Shown piece after piece: positions 29,021 to 39,839 of a DNA stretch of 64,000 nucleotides. Positions within the stretch are counted from its first letter, which is position 1, and each line of letters begins with the position of its first letter. This DNA is from an uncultured Actinomycetes bacterium. GTDB taxonomy: Bacteria > Actinomycetota > Thermoleophilia > RBG-16-64-13. Where the stretch lies: contig CAWJDT010000004.1 of the NCBI GenBank assembly GCA_963841735.1, forward strand, positions 288,001 through 352,000, given 5' to 3'. Both the position numbers and the translations under genes were made by a program. The notes under the pieces are model-generated. The model saw nothing but the letters and a program-made list of their open reading frames with translations, did not search any database and was not told the DNA's origin.

Positions 29021-30574
29021 TCACCGAGAGCACAGCGACCTGCCGGTCATCTCGACGGGGGCAGGCAGTCCCATGAAACACAGCAACGTCGGAGCCACGT
29101 CGGCCAGGCCGGCTCCCTCGCGCAGGGTCACATCGCGGTCACGTACGATCAACGGCACCTTCCCCATGCTGTGTGAGGTATTGACGCTGCCATCGGCCTC
29201 AAGCATCCGCTCGGCGTTCCCGTGATCGGACGTCACAATCACCTGAGCGCCCACCCGGTCAAGGGCCGCCAGAACCCGCGCGAGACAACGATCGACGTGC
29301 CCCACCGCCTCGACGGCAGCTCCCACGTTGCCGGTGTGGGCCACCATGTCCGGATTGGCGAAATTGAGCACCACGAAATCCGCGGGGTCAACCGCCATCA
29401 TCTCTTCGAGGGCCGCGACCACCTCGTAGGCGCTCATTGCCGGCTTCTGGTCGTACGTGTCCACTTCTTTTGGTGAGGGGATGAGTCTGCGCACCTCACC
29501 GGGAAACGGCTCTTCGCGCCCGCCGTTGAAGAAGAAGGTTACGTGCGCGTATTTCTCGGTCTCGGCGATATGGAGTTGGCTCAGTCCCGCCCTGCTAATA
29601 ACCTCGGCCAACACATTGCGAGGCTCCTCCTTGGGAAAGGCCACCGCCAACCGCAGCGCAGGGTCGTACTCCGTCATCCCGACAAAGTCCACCGTCGGAG
29701 CGGGCCCTCCCCGGTCGAAACCGGCGAAAGCGGTCTGGGTCAAAGCGGCCGTTATCTCCCGGGCGCGATCGGGCCTAAAGTTGAAGAAGACCACGCCGTC
29801 TCCTTCGCCGACGCGAGACTCCGGGCGGTCGCACACGATAGTGGGCAGGATGAACTCGTCGGTCTCCTCGCGTCCATATGAATCCCGCACGGCGGTCCGA
29901 CCGTCCGGTGCCCGCAACCCCTCGTCGCGCACCAAAGCGTCATATGCAAGCTTGACGCGTTCCCAGCGCTTGTCGCGGTCCATGGCGTAGTAGCGGCCGC
30001 AGATGGTCGCGATCTCTCCCAACCCCGCGCCCGCCAGAAGGGCCTCCAGGTCGTTCACATAATCCTGGCCGGCAGTGGGAGAAGTGTCGCGGCCATCGGT
30101 GAAGGCGTGAACGAACAGACTCCCCACCCCACGCTGTTTGGCCATGGCGACTAGAGCCTCAACGTGGCCCATGGCAGAGTGTACGCCGGCGTCGGACAGA
30201 AGCCCCATGAAATGCAATGAGGTTCTTCGTTCTACTACCCCGTCCATGACAGCCACCAACGGGGCGTTGTCGAAGAACGACCCGTCAGCTATGGCCCTGT
30301 TGATGCGGGAAAGGTCCTGGTAGATGATCCGCCCCGATCCCAGCGTCAGGTGGCCCACTTCCGAGTTACCCATGACGCCAGCGGGAAGACCCACCGCCTC
30401 CCCGCTCGCTTCAAGGAAGACGTGGGGATACCCAGCCCACAGCGAATCCCAGGTGGGAGTGTCCGCCAAGGCGATCGCGTTGCCTGGACCGGACCGTGCG
30501 AACCCCCAACCGTCCAAGATGATGAGAGCCGCCCGCCGCACTTCCGCGCCCCCGGGGGCGGCCACAGAGCTCAC
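29021..30574 (-). CDS. gpmI: 2,3-BPG-independent phosphoglycerate mutase
   Basis: ILDGWG, MGNSEVGH, GRYYAMDRD, AETEKYAHVTFF, NPDMVAH. Confidence 0.96.
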   Translation of the reverse strand: MSSVAAPGGAEVRRAALIILDGWGFARSGPGNAIALADTPTWDSLWAGYPHVFLEASGEAVGLPAGVMGNSEVGHLTLGSGRIIYQDLSRINRAIADGSFFDNAPLVAVMDGVVERRTSLHFMGLLSDAGVHSAMGHVEALVAMAKQRGVGSLFVHAFTDGRDTSPTAGQDYVNDLEALLAGAGLGEIATICGRYYAMDRDKRWERVKLAYDALVRDEGLRAPDGRTAVRDSYGREETDEFILPTIVCDRPESRVGEGDGVVFFNFRPDRAREITAALTQTAFAGFDRGGPAPTVDFVGMTEYDPALRLAVAFPKEEPRNVLAEVISRAGLSQLHIAETEKYAHVTFFFNGGREEPFPGEVRRLIPSPKEVDTYDQKPAMSAYEVVAALEEMMAVDPADFVVLNFANPDMVAHTGNVGAAVEAVGHVDRCLARVLAALDRVGAQVIVTSDHGNAERMLEADGSVNTSHSMGKVPLIVRDRDVTLREGAGLADVAPTLLCFMGLPAPVEMTGRSLCSR

Positions 30575-31353
30575 CTGGCCTCGTACTGTACGATCCGGGC
30601 GAAAGAGCCCACCTGCAGACTGGCTCCTCCCACCAACACACCGTCGACGTCCGGCAGGCTCATTAGCTCATCGATATTGTGCGGCCCCACGCTCCCCCCA
30701 TATACGATGCGGATCTTCGCGGCCGCTTCCGAACCGAGGGCAGCGCTCACCTGTTCGCGGATAAATGCCATGGTCGCCTGTGCTATCTCGGGGGTGGCCG
30801 TCTTGCCGGTGCCGATCGCCCAGATCGGCTCGTATGCAATGGCGATGCTGCCAACGTCTTCCGGGCGCACGGAGGCCAGACCTGCCGGCACCTGCCTGCC
30901 GAGCACGGCTTCAGTCGCTTCCCCCTCGCGCTCCTCTTCACTCTCGCCCACACACATTATGGCCAGGAGGCCGCGCTCCAGCGTAGCCCAGACCTTCTTG
31001 GCGACCCCTTCGTCGGTCTCGCCGAAATACTGACGTCGCTCGGAATGCCCGATAATGGCGCCCTTGACTCCCAGGTCGGCAAGCATCGAGGCAGACACTT
31101 CGCCCGTGTAAGCGCCTTCCCACTCCCAGAACACGTCTTGCGCCACAATGGACGCACACGTACCCTCCGCGGCTTTCACAGCCTCGTACAAACCGGTGAA
31201 TGGTGGAGCGACCATCACCTGACGGCCGGCGGCGCCGCCCAGCTCCCGCGCCAACTCGCTCACGAATGTGGCACCCTCGGCGCTCGTTTTGAACATCTTC
31301 CAGTTGCCCACTATCAGCGGCACTCTCGCCGCCTGCTGCTCTCGTTTGGTCAT
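30571..31353 (-). CDS. tpiA: Triosephosphate isomerase
   Basis: GNWKM, GHSERR, AYEPIWAIGTG, LVGGAS; true ATG at 31353 (ORF track over-extends the 5' end). Confidence 0.96.
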   Translation of the reverse strand: MTKREQQAARVPLIVGNWKMFKTSAEGATFVSELARELGGAAGRQVMVAPPFTGLYEAVKAAEGTCASIVAQDVFWEWEGAYTGEVSASMLADLGVKGAIIGHSERRQYFGETDEGVAKKVWATLERGLLAIMCVGESEEEREGEATEAVLGRQVPAGLASVRPEDVGSIAIAYEPIWAIGTGKTATPEIAQATMAFIREQVSAALGSEAAAKIRIVYGGSVGPHNIDELMSLPDVDGVLVGGASLQVGSFARIVQYEAR

Positions 31354-31358
31354 CTCGC

Positions 31359-32543
31359 CTACTTCTTGTCTGGGATGGCGGCCACTCCCGGCAGCACCGA
31401 TCCCTCGATGTACTCTAGGGAAGCGCCCCCGCCCATGGAGACGTGATCCATCTTCGTGGCCACGCCGAACTTGTTGACGGCCGCGACCGAGTCGCCCCCG
31501 CCTACCACTGTGATGCCTGGGCAGTCCGCCATGGCATCGGCCACCGCACGCGTACCCGCGGCGAAGGGCGCCATCTCGAATACCCCCATCGGGCCGTTCC
31601 AGAACACCTGGCCCGCTGCCCCGATCTCCGACGCGTACGTCTCTGCAGTCTGCGGGCCGATATCCAGTCCCATCCAGTCGGCGGGAATGGCGTCCACCGC
31701 CACGGTGTTGGTCGCGGCGAACTCGGCAAAGCCGGCCGCGACCACCACGTCCATGGGCAAGAGCAGCCGGCATTTCGTCCCTGCGGCCTTCTGCAACACC
31801 TCGGCGGCGACGGCGACGCCTTCTTCCTCCACCTTGGACGCCCCTACCGAGATGCCCTTGGCCTTGAGAAACGCGAAGCTCATGGCTCCACCGATCAACA
31901 CGCTGTCGGCCAGATCAAGGAAGCGGTCGATCACCTTGATCTTATCGGTGACCTTCGCTCCGCCCAGGACCACGACAAAGGGCCTTGCTGTCGCTGACAG
32001 AAGTGCGTCGAGCGCGTTCAGTTCCGCCTCCATCGATAACCCGGCGAGCGTAGGCAGCTTGGCGGCCAGGCCGGCGGTTGTAGCGTGGGCCCTGTGTGCA
32101 GCGCTGAAAGCATCGTTCACGAACACGTCTCCCAGCCGGGCTAGTTCGCTCACCAACTCCGGATCGTTCTTCTCTTCGCGCGGGTCAAAGCGCGAGTTCT
32201 CCAAGAGCAAAACGTCTCCCGGCATCATGGCGGCCATGGTGGCCTCCACTCCGGCGCCGGTGAGTTCGTTGACCTTGCGCACCGGCACGGCCAGCAACTG
32301 GCCAAGGCGCATCGCCACTGGGTCGAGCCGCAATGCGTCGTCGGGGGCCCCTTTGGGCCGCCCCAAGTGCGACATCAGGATCACTCGACACTGCTGCTCG
32401 CGGAGATACTCAATGGTGGGCACAGCCGCCCGGATGCGCGAGTCGTCGGTGACTCTGCCCTCCTTAAGAGGGACATTGAAGTCCACCCGCACAAGCACCC
32501 GCTTGCCACCCAACTCCGCGTCTCTCACCGTCTTCTTGGCCAC
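31359..32543 (-). CDS. pgk: Phosphoglycerate kinase
   Basis: RVDFNVP, SHLGRP, LGGAKV, WNGPMG, GGGDS. Confidence 0.97.
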   Translation of the reverse strand: MAKKTVRDAELGGKRVLVRVDFNVPLKEGRVTDDSRIRAAVPTIEYLREQQCRVILMSHLGRPKGAPDDALRLDPVAMRLGQLLAVPVRKVNELTGAGVEATMAAMMPGDVLLLENSRFDPREEKNDPELVSELARLGDVFVNDAFSAAHRAHATTAGLAAKLPTLAGLSMEAELNALDALLSATARPFVVVLGGAKVTDKIKVIDRFLDLADSVLIGGAMSFAFLKAKGISVGASKVEEEGVAVAAEVLQKAAGTKCRLLLPMDVVVAAGFAEFAATNTVAVDAIPADWMGLDIGPQTAETYASEIGAAGQVFWNGPMGVFEMAPFAAGTRAVADAMADCPGITVVGGGDSVAAVNKFGVATKMDHVSMGGGASLEYIEGSVLPGVAAIPDKK

Positions 32544-32570
32544 TTCGTTCCCTTTCCTACAGCCAGGCGC

Positions 32571-33584
<1,014 letters not shown>

Positions 33585-34589
33585 TCAGTAATGCGCATTC
33601 GTGCTGTTTTTGGAACCTTGAATTCTACCACGGGTACCCTTCGCTTCTGCCTTTTCCGCCTCTGCTACGAGCCTCCGCAGCCGATGATTGACGGCCGAAC
33701 GGCTGAGCCCCTCCCCGCCGACCTCGGCCAGTTCCGCAAGGTTCATGTACGGGTTGTCCATCCGTAGGCCGGCCATCGCCCGCAGAGCCGGGGGCAGAGT
33801 GTCGAGCCGCCCACTGCGCTCGAGCACCGCGATGGCGTCCAACTGCCGCGATGCGGCCGTCCCGGTGCGACGCAGGTTGGCAGAGTCACAGTTGGCCACT
33901 CGATTGGCCCGCGACCTCACCTCTTTGAGCACGGCCTGCTCCTCCAGCTGGAGGGCGGCGCTGTGAGCGCCTGCCAGAGCCAGGAGACCCGCGACTTCGT
34001 CCCTACCCTTCAGACTGACCACCCAGTTGCCCCGTCGGGACCGCAGTCCGGGGTGAAGGTCCATCGCCGTTAGTAGCCGCTCCAGGTCGACGCCCAGATC
34101 CTGCTGACCAGTGACTATCTCCAGATGGGCCTCTTTTTGCGGGGCGTTGGCGGACCCGGCCCCGATCAGGCAACCCCGCACGAATGCACTGCGACAGCAG
34201 GTCTTCTTGACCAACCGCCTAGCTATACCGGGCTTCAGCTCGAACGAGTCGCTTAGCACCCCCATCTCGTTCAGCGCCTGCAGGCCGGCCGGCGAACCCT
34301 TAAGGCGCACCCCGTAGACCAGCCTCTGGCTAAGACGCGGCTCCCGCCAGGTCACCAGTTCCCCCTCTACCCCAAACGCCTTGAAATGCGAATAGGCCAT
34401 CTTGGCCGCGGCTTGGACAGTCGTGGCCAACCGAATCTCGTAGCGCTCGTCATCGCTGACCCCGCCGTGGATCAAGAAGGTTCCCGCAGTGTGAAGAAGC
34501 CCCGCCATGACGGCCACCCGGCAGCACGCCTGCTTGTCCTCCACCCGGGTAAGTTCCTCCCTAAAAGCCCGCGTGAACCCGCTGCTCAC
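33585..34589 (-). CDS. whiA: DNA-binding protein WhiA
   Basis: NRVANCDSANL, SRSAVNHRLRRL; GTG overlaps the rapZ stop. Confidence 0.9.
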   Translation of the reverse strand: MSSGFTRAFREELTRVEDKQACCRVAVMAGLLHTAGTFLIHGGVSDDERYEIRLATTVQAAAKMAYSHFKAFGVEGELVTWREPRLSQRLVYGVRLKGSPAGLQALNEMGVLSDSFELKPGIARRLVKKTCCRSAFVRGCLIGAGSANAPQKEAHLEIVTGQQDLGVDLERLLTAMDLHPGLRSRRGNWVVSLKGRDEVAGLLALAGAHSAALQLEEQAVLKEVRSRANRVANCDSANLRRTGTAASRQLDAIAVLERSGRLDTLPPALRAMAGLRMDNPYMNLAELAEVGGEGLSRSAVNHRLRRLVAEAEKAEAKGTRGRIQGSKNSTNAHY

Positions 34590-35488
34590 CGGTGCTCCGG
34601 CTTCTCTATGTCCCTGTGCATTATGCTCACCACCACCAAAGGCTCCGCCCTCAACCGTTGGCCGAGTTCCTCCGTAAGCGCGACCGACCGGTGCCGCCCC
34701 CCGGTACAACCGAGCGCAAGCACCACCCTGTGCTTCTGCTCCACCACGAAGCGGGGCGCCAAGAAGCGCACGAGATCGATCACCCGCTCCAGGAAATCCT
34801 GTGAGTCCTTCCGTCGCAGAACGTATTCCCTCACAGCCGGATCCAAACCAGACATGGGCCGCAGGTCGGGCACCCAGAACGGATTGGGCAGGAATCGAGC
34901 GTCGAGCACCATGTCGGCCTCGTCGGGAAGTCCATAGCGATAGCCAAACGACTGCAAACCAACAAACAGTTGGTCGTGAAGGTGATCGGCGAGCAACGTC
35001 TCCTCTAGGTGCCGCCGCAACCCCCGGGGGGATAGGCTGGTGGTGTCGATCACCAGGTCCGCCTGTGCTCGCAGTGGCGAGAGCAGGCGCCGTTCACGCT
35101 CGATGCCCTCGCATAGGTTGGCCGACAGCGGATGCGGCCGCCTGCTTGCTTGGTAGCGGGCCACCAACGCCTCGTCGGACGCCTCTAAGTAGAGCACCCT
35201 GAACGATGTTCCGGAGTTCCGCAGATAGTCGAGAGCCTCGCCCAGTTCCTGAAAATACCCGCCGCCTCTGGCGTCGAATACTAGAGCCGCACGATTGACC
35301 CGGCTCCCCTCCAGCGAAAACAACCCGACAGCTCCCGGCACCATCTGCGGAGGGAGATTGTCGATGCAGAAGTACCCCATGTCCTCAAAAGTGGCTACCA
35401 CCTCCGACTTGCCCGCGCCGGAGAGCCCGGTTATCACGGTGAGATGCAGCTTGCGGTCGGCGGTGTCGCCGGCGCTACCCTCGACCAT
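34586..35488 (-). CDS. rapZ: RNase adapter / P-loop NTPase RapZ (YvcJ)
   Basis: TGLSGAGKS, DNLPP, SFGYRYG, DARFLPNP, GCTGGRHRSV. Confidence 0.95.
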   Translation of the reverse strand: MVEGSAGDTADRKLHLTVITGLSGAGKSEVVATFEDMGYFCIDNLPPQMVPGAVGLFSLEGSRVNRAALVFDARGGGYFQELGEALDYLRNSGTSFRVLYLEASDEALVARYQASRRPHPLSANLCEGIERERRLLSPLRAQADLVIDTTSLSPRGLRRHLEETLLADHLHDQLFVGLQSFGYRYGLPDEADMVLDARFLPNPFWVPDLRPMSGLDPAVREYVLRRKDSQDFLERVIDLVRFLAPRFVVEQKHRVVLALGCTGGRHRSVALTEELGQRLRAEPLVVVSIMHRDIEKPEHR

Positions 35489-36087
35489 CAGACCTCTCCT
35501 TCAGATACCGCGTTGTGGTTGCGCTCGTGCTCCAGCAGTCGCTCCTTCAGGGCCGGGTCGTTGCCATAGTCCCCCAGGCTTCCGTTGCCTCTGACCACAC
35601 GATGGCAGGGGATCACAATGGGGATGGGGTTGCAGGCCATAGCCGTACCCACAGCTCTGGCAGCGCGCGGATGCCCAGCCTTCTCGGCCAATTCACCGTA
35701 GCTCACGGTGACGGCCGGCGGCACGGTCAGCAGGGTCGCGTAGACTCTCCGCGCGAAGGGCCCTACCGCCAGATCGTCCAGACCGACCTCCTCCGCCGTC
35801 CACAGAAGCCGCTCGCCCCGGAAGTACGCCGCCAGCTGTTCCGCCCACTTATCGGCGGCCGCTTCGTCGGCTAGAGCCTCTGCGGCCCCCGTGACCCTCG
35901 CCCCGCCGGCCGCCCTCGCGGGGCCCTGCCCCGAAAGCGCCGTTTCCGGCCGAGGCTTCACTTCTGTCTCACCCCCCGCGGTCGGCAGGTCCAGCGCCAC
36001 GAGGCGCCCGTCGCGCACGGTTATCGCTCCCTCGCCCCAGGGGGTGGCGAAACGCCTCTCGGCGTGGTCAGCCTGTCTTGTGCACAT
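35488..36087 (-). CDS. ogt: Methylated-DNA-protein-cysteine methyltransferase
   Basis: SYGELA, AARAVG, NPIPIVIPCHRVV; ATG at 36087 with GGAGG SD inside the uvrC 3' end. Confidence 0.9.
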   Translation of the reverse strand: MCTRQADHAERRFATPWGEGAITVRDGRLVALDLPTAGGETEVKPRPETALSGQGPARAAGGARVTGAAEALADEAAADKWAEQLAAYFRGERLLWTAEEVGLDDLAVGPFARRVYATLLTVPPAVTVSYGELAEKAGHPRAARAVGTAMACNPIPIVIPCHRVVRGNGSLGDYGNDPALKERLLEHERNHNAVSEGEV

Positions 36088-37969
36088 ACGCGTATACCTC
36101 CCTCGCCACCTTGCCGGGAAGGCCGGGAACTCCCTCGACTTCCTCTCTGCTGGCCTGCAGGAAGCGCTCGGGCGACCCAAAATGTTGCAGAATCGCCTTC
36201 TTGCGCTTCTCTCCCACCCCCGGCAGTTGGTTAAGCAGCGACCCCGTGGTCTGCGCCGACCGCCTGCTCCGGTGAAAACCCAGCGCAAACCGATGGGCCT
36301 CGTCCCGCACCCTGCGCAATAGCAGAACCGCCGCATCGTCCGGGGCGAGATTCAGTGGGTCCGCCGACCATGGCACGAAGACCTGCTCTTCCCTCTTCGC
36401 AAGCGACACCACAGTCACCACCCCTTCCAGCCCGGCATCCCGCAGAGCCGCGGTGGCCGCTCCTAACTGTGCCTTACCCCCGTCGATCAACACTACGTCG
36501 GGGACGGCCTCGAACGACGGATCATATGGCCGGCCCGAGGATTCCGCACCGCCCGTGCCGCCCGCCACGTTCCCGCGATCCCCCGGCCCAAAACGCCGGC
36601 TCAAGGCTTCACGCATGGCGCCCACATCGTTCTGCCCCACTGTGGACCGGATGCTGAACTTGCGGTAGTCGGACTTCTTGGGCGCGCCTCCTTCGAACAC
36701 CACCATGGACGCAACGATGTTCTCTGCCCCTAGGTTGGAGATGTCGTAACCCTCGATGCGCATGGGCACCGCCTGCAGCCCCAGGCATTCCTCAAGAGCC
36801 GTGAGCGCCCCCAAACGCCTTTCTCTGCCCCGCTCCTCCCGCAAGCGGTCGTGGGCTAGGGCCAGGACGGCATTCCTATCCGCCAACTCGCGCAGACGCC
36901 GCTTGTCTCCCCGCTCCGCCTGACGAACGTCTACATTCGCCCCCCGGAGGCCCTTCAAAAACGCCTGCAGCTGGTCGGTATGCCGCACCGTTGCGGGAAC
37001 TATAAGCTCCGCAGGCACCACCGGTGCCGCGCCATAGTACTCAGCCACGAACCTCTCGAATACTTCCTGAGCATCGGCCCCCGCCACATTTATGAGAGTG
37101 ACGCTCCGCCTGTCGGCCAGCTTGCCGTCCCGAGTGACAAACACCTGCACGTTGGCTCCCCAATCGTCCATTGCTAGCCCTGTGACATCCGCGGACCCTA
37201 ATGTCTCCGACTCGATCTGTTGCCTCTCGAGCACGTGCCGCAAAGCATCCACCCGATCGCGGAGCACCGCCGCCTCTTCAAAATCTTGCCTCCCGGCCGC
37301 CTCCTGCATCGCCCGCTCCAAGCGAGCCACCACCTTGGTCTCGCGCCCGCTAAGGAACTCCACCACCTGGTCGATCACGGCCCGGTACTGTTCGGCCTCT
37401 AGTGTCCCCAGACAGGGAGCTGGGCACCTCTCGATGTGGAACTGCAGGCAGGGGGATCCCGAGTGTCGGCCGGGGCGCCTCCCCCGGCAGCTGCGCACCG
37501 GGAACACTCGACCGAGCGCATCCAGCGTTTCGCGCACCTTGGCCGCGCTGGAAAAGGGTCCGAAGTACAGATTGCCCCGGCGGTGGGGCTGCCGGGTGAA
37601 GACCACCCGAGGGAACTCCTCCTCGGCGGTCACCATGATGTAGGGGTACGATTTGTCATCGCGCAGACGGATGTTGAAAGGCGCGCGGTGCTGCTTGATG
37701 AGGTTGTGCTCCAGCAGCAGAGCCTCAACCTCGTTGCTCGTGACTATCCACTCCACCGCGGCGGCCTGCATCATCATCTCGTTGACTTTCGCGGGGAGGC
37801 GCCCGGCTTCGTCTCCAGACAACGCCGGCAGATAGCTGGCCAACCGCTTGCGCAAAGATAGAGCCTTGCCCACATAGAGCACCGCACCGGAGGCGTCCCT
37901 ATATAGGTAGACGCCCGGGAGGTCCGGGGAGTGCTTGATCTGCTGTGCGAGCTCGTCGATGGTGCCCAT
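36068..37969 (-). CDS. uvrC: Excinuclease ABC subunit C
   Basis: GIY-YIG (PGVYL..YVGKA), DDKSYPY, IEGYDIS, DGGKAQL, RDEAHRFA, HhH. Confidence 0.96.
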   Translation of the reverse strand: MGTIDELAQQIKHSPDLPGVYLYRDASGAVLYVGKALSLRKRLASYLPALSGDEAGRLPAKVNEMMMQAAAVEWIVTSNEVEALLLEHNLIKQHRAPFNIRLRDDKSYPYIMVTAEEEFPRVVFTRQPHRRGNLYFGPFSSAAKVRETLDALGRVFPVRSCRGRRPGRHSGSPCLQFHIERCPAPCLGTLEAEQYRAVIDQVVEFLSGRETKVVARLERAMQEAAGRQDFEEAAVLRDRVDALRHVLERQQIESETLGSADVTGLAMDDWGANVQVFVTRDGKLADRRSVTLINVAGADAQEVFERFVAEYYGAAPVVPAELIVPATVRHTDQLQAFLKGLRGANVDVRQAERGDKRRLRELADRNAVLALAHDRLREERGRERRLGALTALEECLGLQAVPMRIEGYDISNLGAENIVASMVVFEGGAPKKSDYRKFSIRSTVGQNDVGAMREALSRRFGPGDRGNVAGGTGGAESSGRPYDPSFEAVPDVVLIDGGKAQLGAATAALRDAGLEGVVTVVSLAKREEQVFVPWSADPLNLAPDDAAVLLLRRVRDEAHRFALGFHRSRRSAQTTGSLLNQLPGVGEKRKKAILQHFGSPERFLQASREEVEGVPGLPGKVAREVYAYVHKTG

Positions 37970-38196
37970 CTACCGCGTTCGGAGCCTTGGACCCCGCCTT
38001 GCGGCGGGGGGTTTGCCGTTGTTTTCAGTGTACCCCAGAGGTGGGCACCTCAGATACGCCCGGGGCCCGCGTCGGCGCCTGCGTCACGGCCCACGCGCAG
38101 GCCCCGGTGGTAACCGCCGTCGCCGCCAGCCCTGGAGCGACCTGGATACCCTGGTATACTTTCGCGCCTGCAATCCAGCGTCGTGGGAGGTCATAA

Positions 38197-39825
38197 GTGG
38201 GGCCTGCAGGACTGCCCGTCGAAGAACGCAAGATGATTCTCGACCTGCTGTCGCAGGTCCGTCAGCGGATGCTGTCGCCCGACCGCATCCGCAGCTGTGA
38301 CGAGGAGGAGACCTTCCCCGAGGACGTCATCCGAGAGCTGCTCGGCCCGAACATCGGCCTGCAGTTGCTCTTCATTCCTGAGGAATACGGCGGCCTAGGC
38401 GGCGGAGCGCGCGACATCGCGGCAGTCTCGGAAGAGATGGCCAAGATCTGCCTGGGCGTAGCCACCGGCTTCCTCGCTATCCATCTCGGCACCGACCCCA
38501 TCCTAGTGGGCGCCACTGAAGCTCAAAAGGAGAAGTGGCTCACCAATCTGGCCGAAGGCGACGCCATAGTGGCCTACGCGGTCACCGAGGCGGAGGCCGG
38601 GAGCAATCTGTCGGCTCTCAAGACTTCAGCCACTCCGGTGCTTGATGACCAGGGCGTCGTCACCGGATACCGCATCAACGGCAACAAGCAGTTCATCTCC
38701 AATGGGGGCTACGCCGACTTCTTGACAGTGCTCGCCCAGGCCCCTGAAGGCCCTACGTTCTTCATTGTCGAGAAGAGCATGGAAGGCTTCAGCGCCGGCA
38801 AGCCCGAGGTCAAGCACGGCATCCGCGGGTCCAACACTGCGGCCCTCACCTTTGACAACGTGTTGGTGCCCCTGGAGAACCTCGTGGGCGCAGTCCCTGG
38901 GCAGGGTCTTGTCCAGTCGAACCAGGTGTTCGGCTACACCCGCCTCATGGTGGCGGCCTTTGGTTTAGGAGCAGGCGTGGCCGCGCTCGAGCGAGTGGTC
39001 AAGTTCGCCAAGGAGCGCGTGCAGTTCGGCTCGCCGCTTATTGAGAAGCAGGGCTATACGCACAAACTTGTCCTCCCCTATGTCGCCAAACTCGAGGCGG
39101 CCCGGGCCTATATCGAAGAGGTGGCCGACCGCCTGGACTCGGGCGAGGTCGACCTGCAGGTAGAGGGCTCCATAGCGAAGCTCTTTGCCACCGAAGTGGG
39201 CAACGCCTGCGCCGATGCGGCCATCCAGGCGCTCGGCGGCTATGGCTACATCCACGAGTACGACGTCGAAAAGATCAAGCGCGACGTCAAGATCACAACT
39301 ATCTACGAGGGCACCAGCGAGATCCAGCAGCTCATTATTAGCACCTTCCGCTGGAGAGAGTCGGTCAAGACAAAGGGCGCCTTCTACGAAGACATGGCCG
39401 CGCAGATGGTATCCGCGCACGCTCAGCACCCAGACATCAAGGCCGCTGTCATGGCGGCCCTGGCCGGCTTGCTCAACCGCCTGTTCGATGAGGTTCACAA
39501 AGCCAAGGCCACCCGCCAGCAGCACATCATGTTCCAGCTGGCGCTGCTCGCCACCATCACCGAGACGGGCGCAGCCCTGGTTAACAAGATCGCCCGCGGC
39601 GAAGACCTCAGCGACAACAAAGCCGAGTACCTGCAGCTTTGCGCACGCGTGAACGCCGGACTGGCCGCCCAGAGCGCTTTTGCCATCGCCAACGAGATCG
39701 TCTACGGATCGGGGCAATGGCAGCCCGAAGAGGCCCGCGCCATCTTGGATTCAGCGGACTTTGACTACGAAGCCTCCCAGGCCGGCCTGATCACCGACAT
39801 GGACCTGTTGCGCACCCACCTCTAG
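38197..39825 (+). CDS. Acyl-CoA dehydrogenase with C-terminal extension
   Basis: PEEYGGLG, AVTEAEAGS, NGNKQFISNG, QALGGYGY, IYEGTSEIQ; TGgTATACT -10 at 38152-38160 and GGGAGG SD. Confidence 0.88.
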   Translation: MGPAGLPVEERKMILDLLSQVRQRMLSPDRIRSCDEEETFPEDVIRELLGPNIGLQLLFIPEEYGGLGGGARDIAAVSEEMAKICLGVATGFLAIHLGTDPILVGATEAQKEKWLTNLAEGDAIVAYAVTEAEAGSNLSALKTSATPVLDDQGVVTGYRINGNKQFISNGGYADFLTVLAQAPEGPTFFIVEKSMEGFSAGKPEVKHGIRGSNTAALTFDNVLVPLENLVGAVPGQGLVQSNQVFGYTRLMVAAFGLGAGVAALERVVKFAKERVQFGSPLIEKQGYTHKLVLPYVAKLEAARAYIEEVADRLDSGEVDLQVEGSIAKLFATEVGNACADAAIQALGGYGYIHEYDVEKIKRDVKITTIYEGTSEIQQLIISTFRWRESVKTKGAFYEDMAAQMVSAHAQHPDIKAAVMAALAGLLNRLFDEVHKAKATRQQHIMFQLALLATITETGAALVNKIARGEDLSDNKAEYLQLCARVNAGLAAQSAFAIANEIVYGSGQWQPEEARAILDSADFDYEASQAGLITDMDLLRTHL

Positions 39826-39839
39826 GAAGGAACTCGGCC

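Noticed and set aside
37990-38025. GC hairpin in the uvrC leader as a riboswitch
   Set aside because: A single stem-loop (CCCCGCC-ttgc-GGCGGGG) without recognisable aptamer motifs; more likely a simple leader hairpin or antisense terminator.
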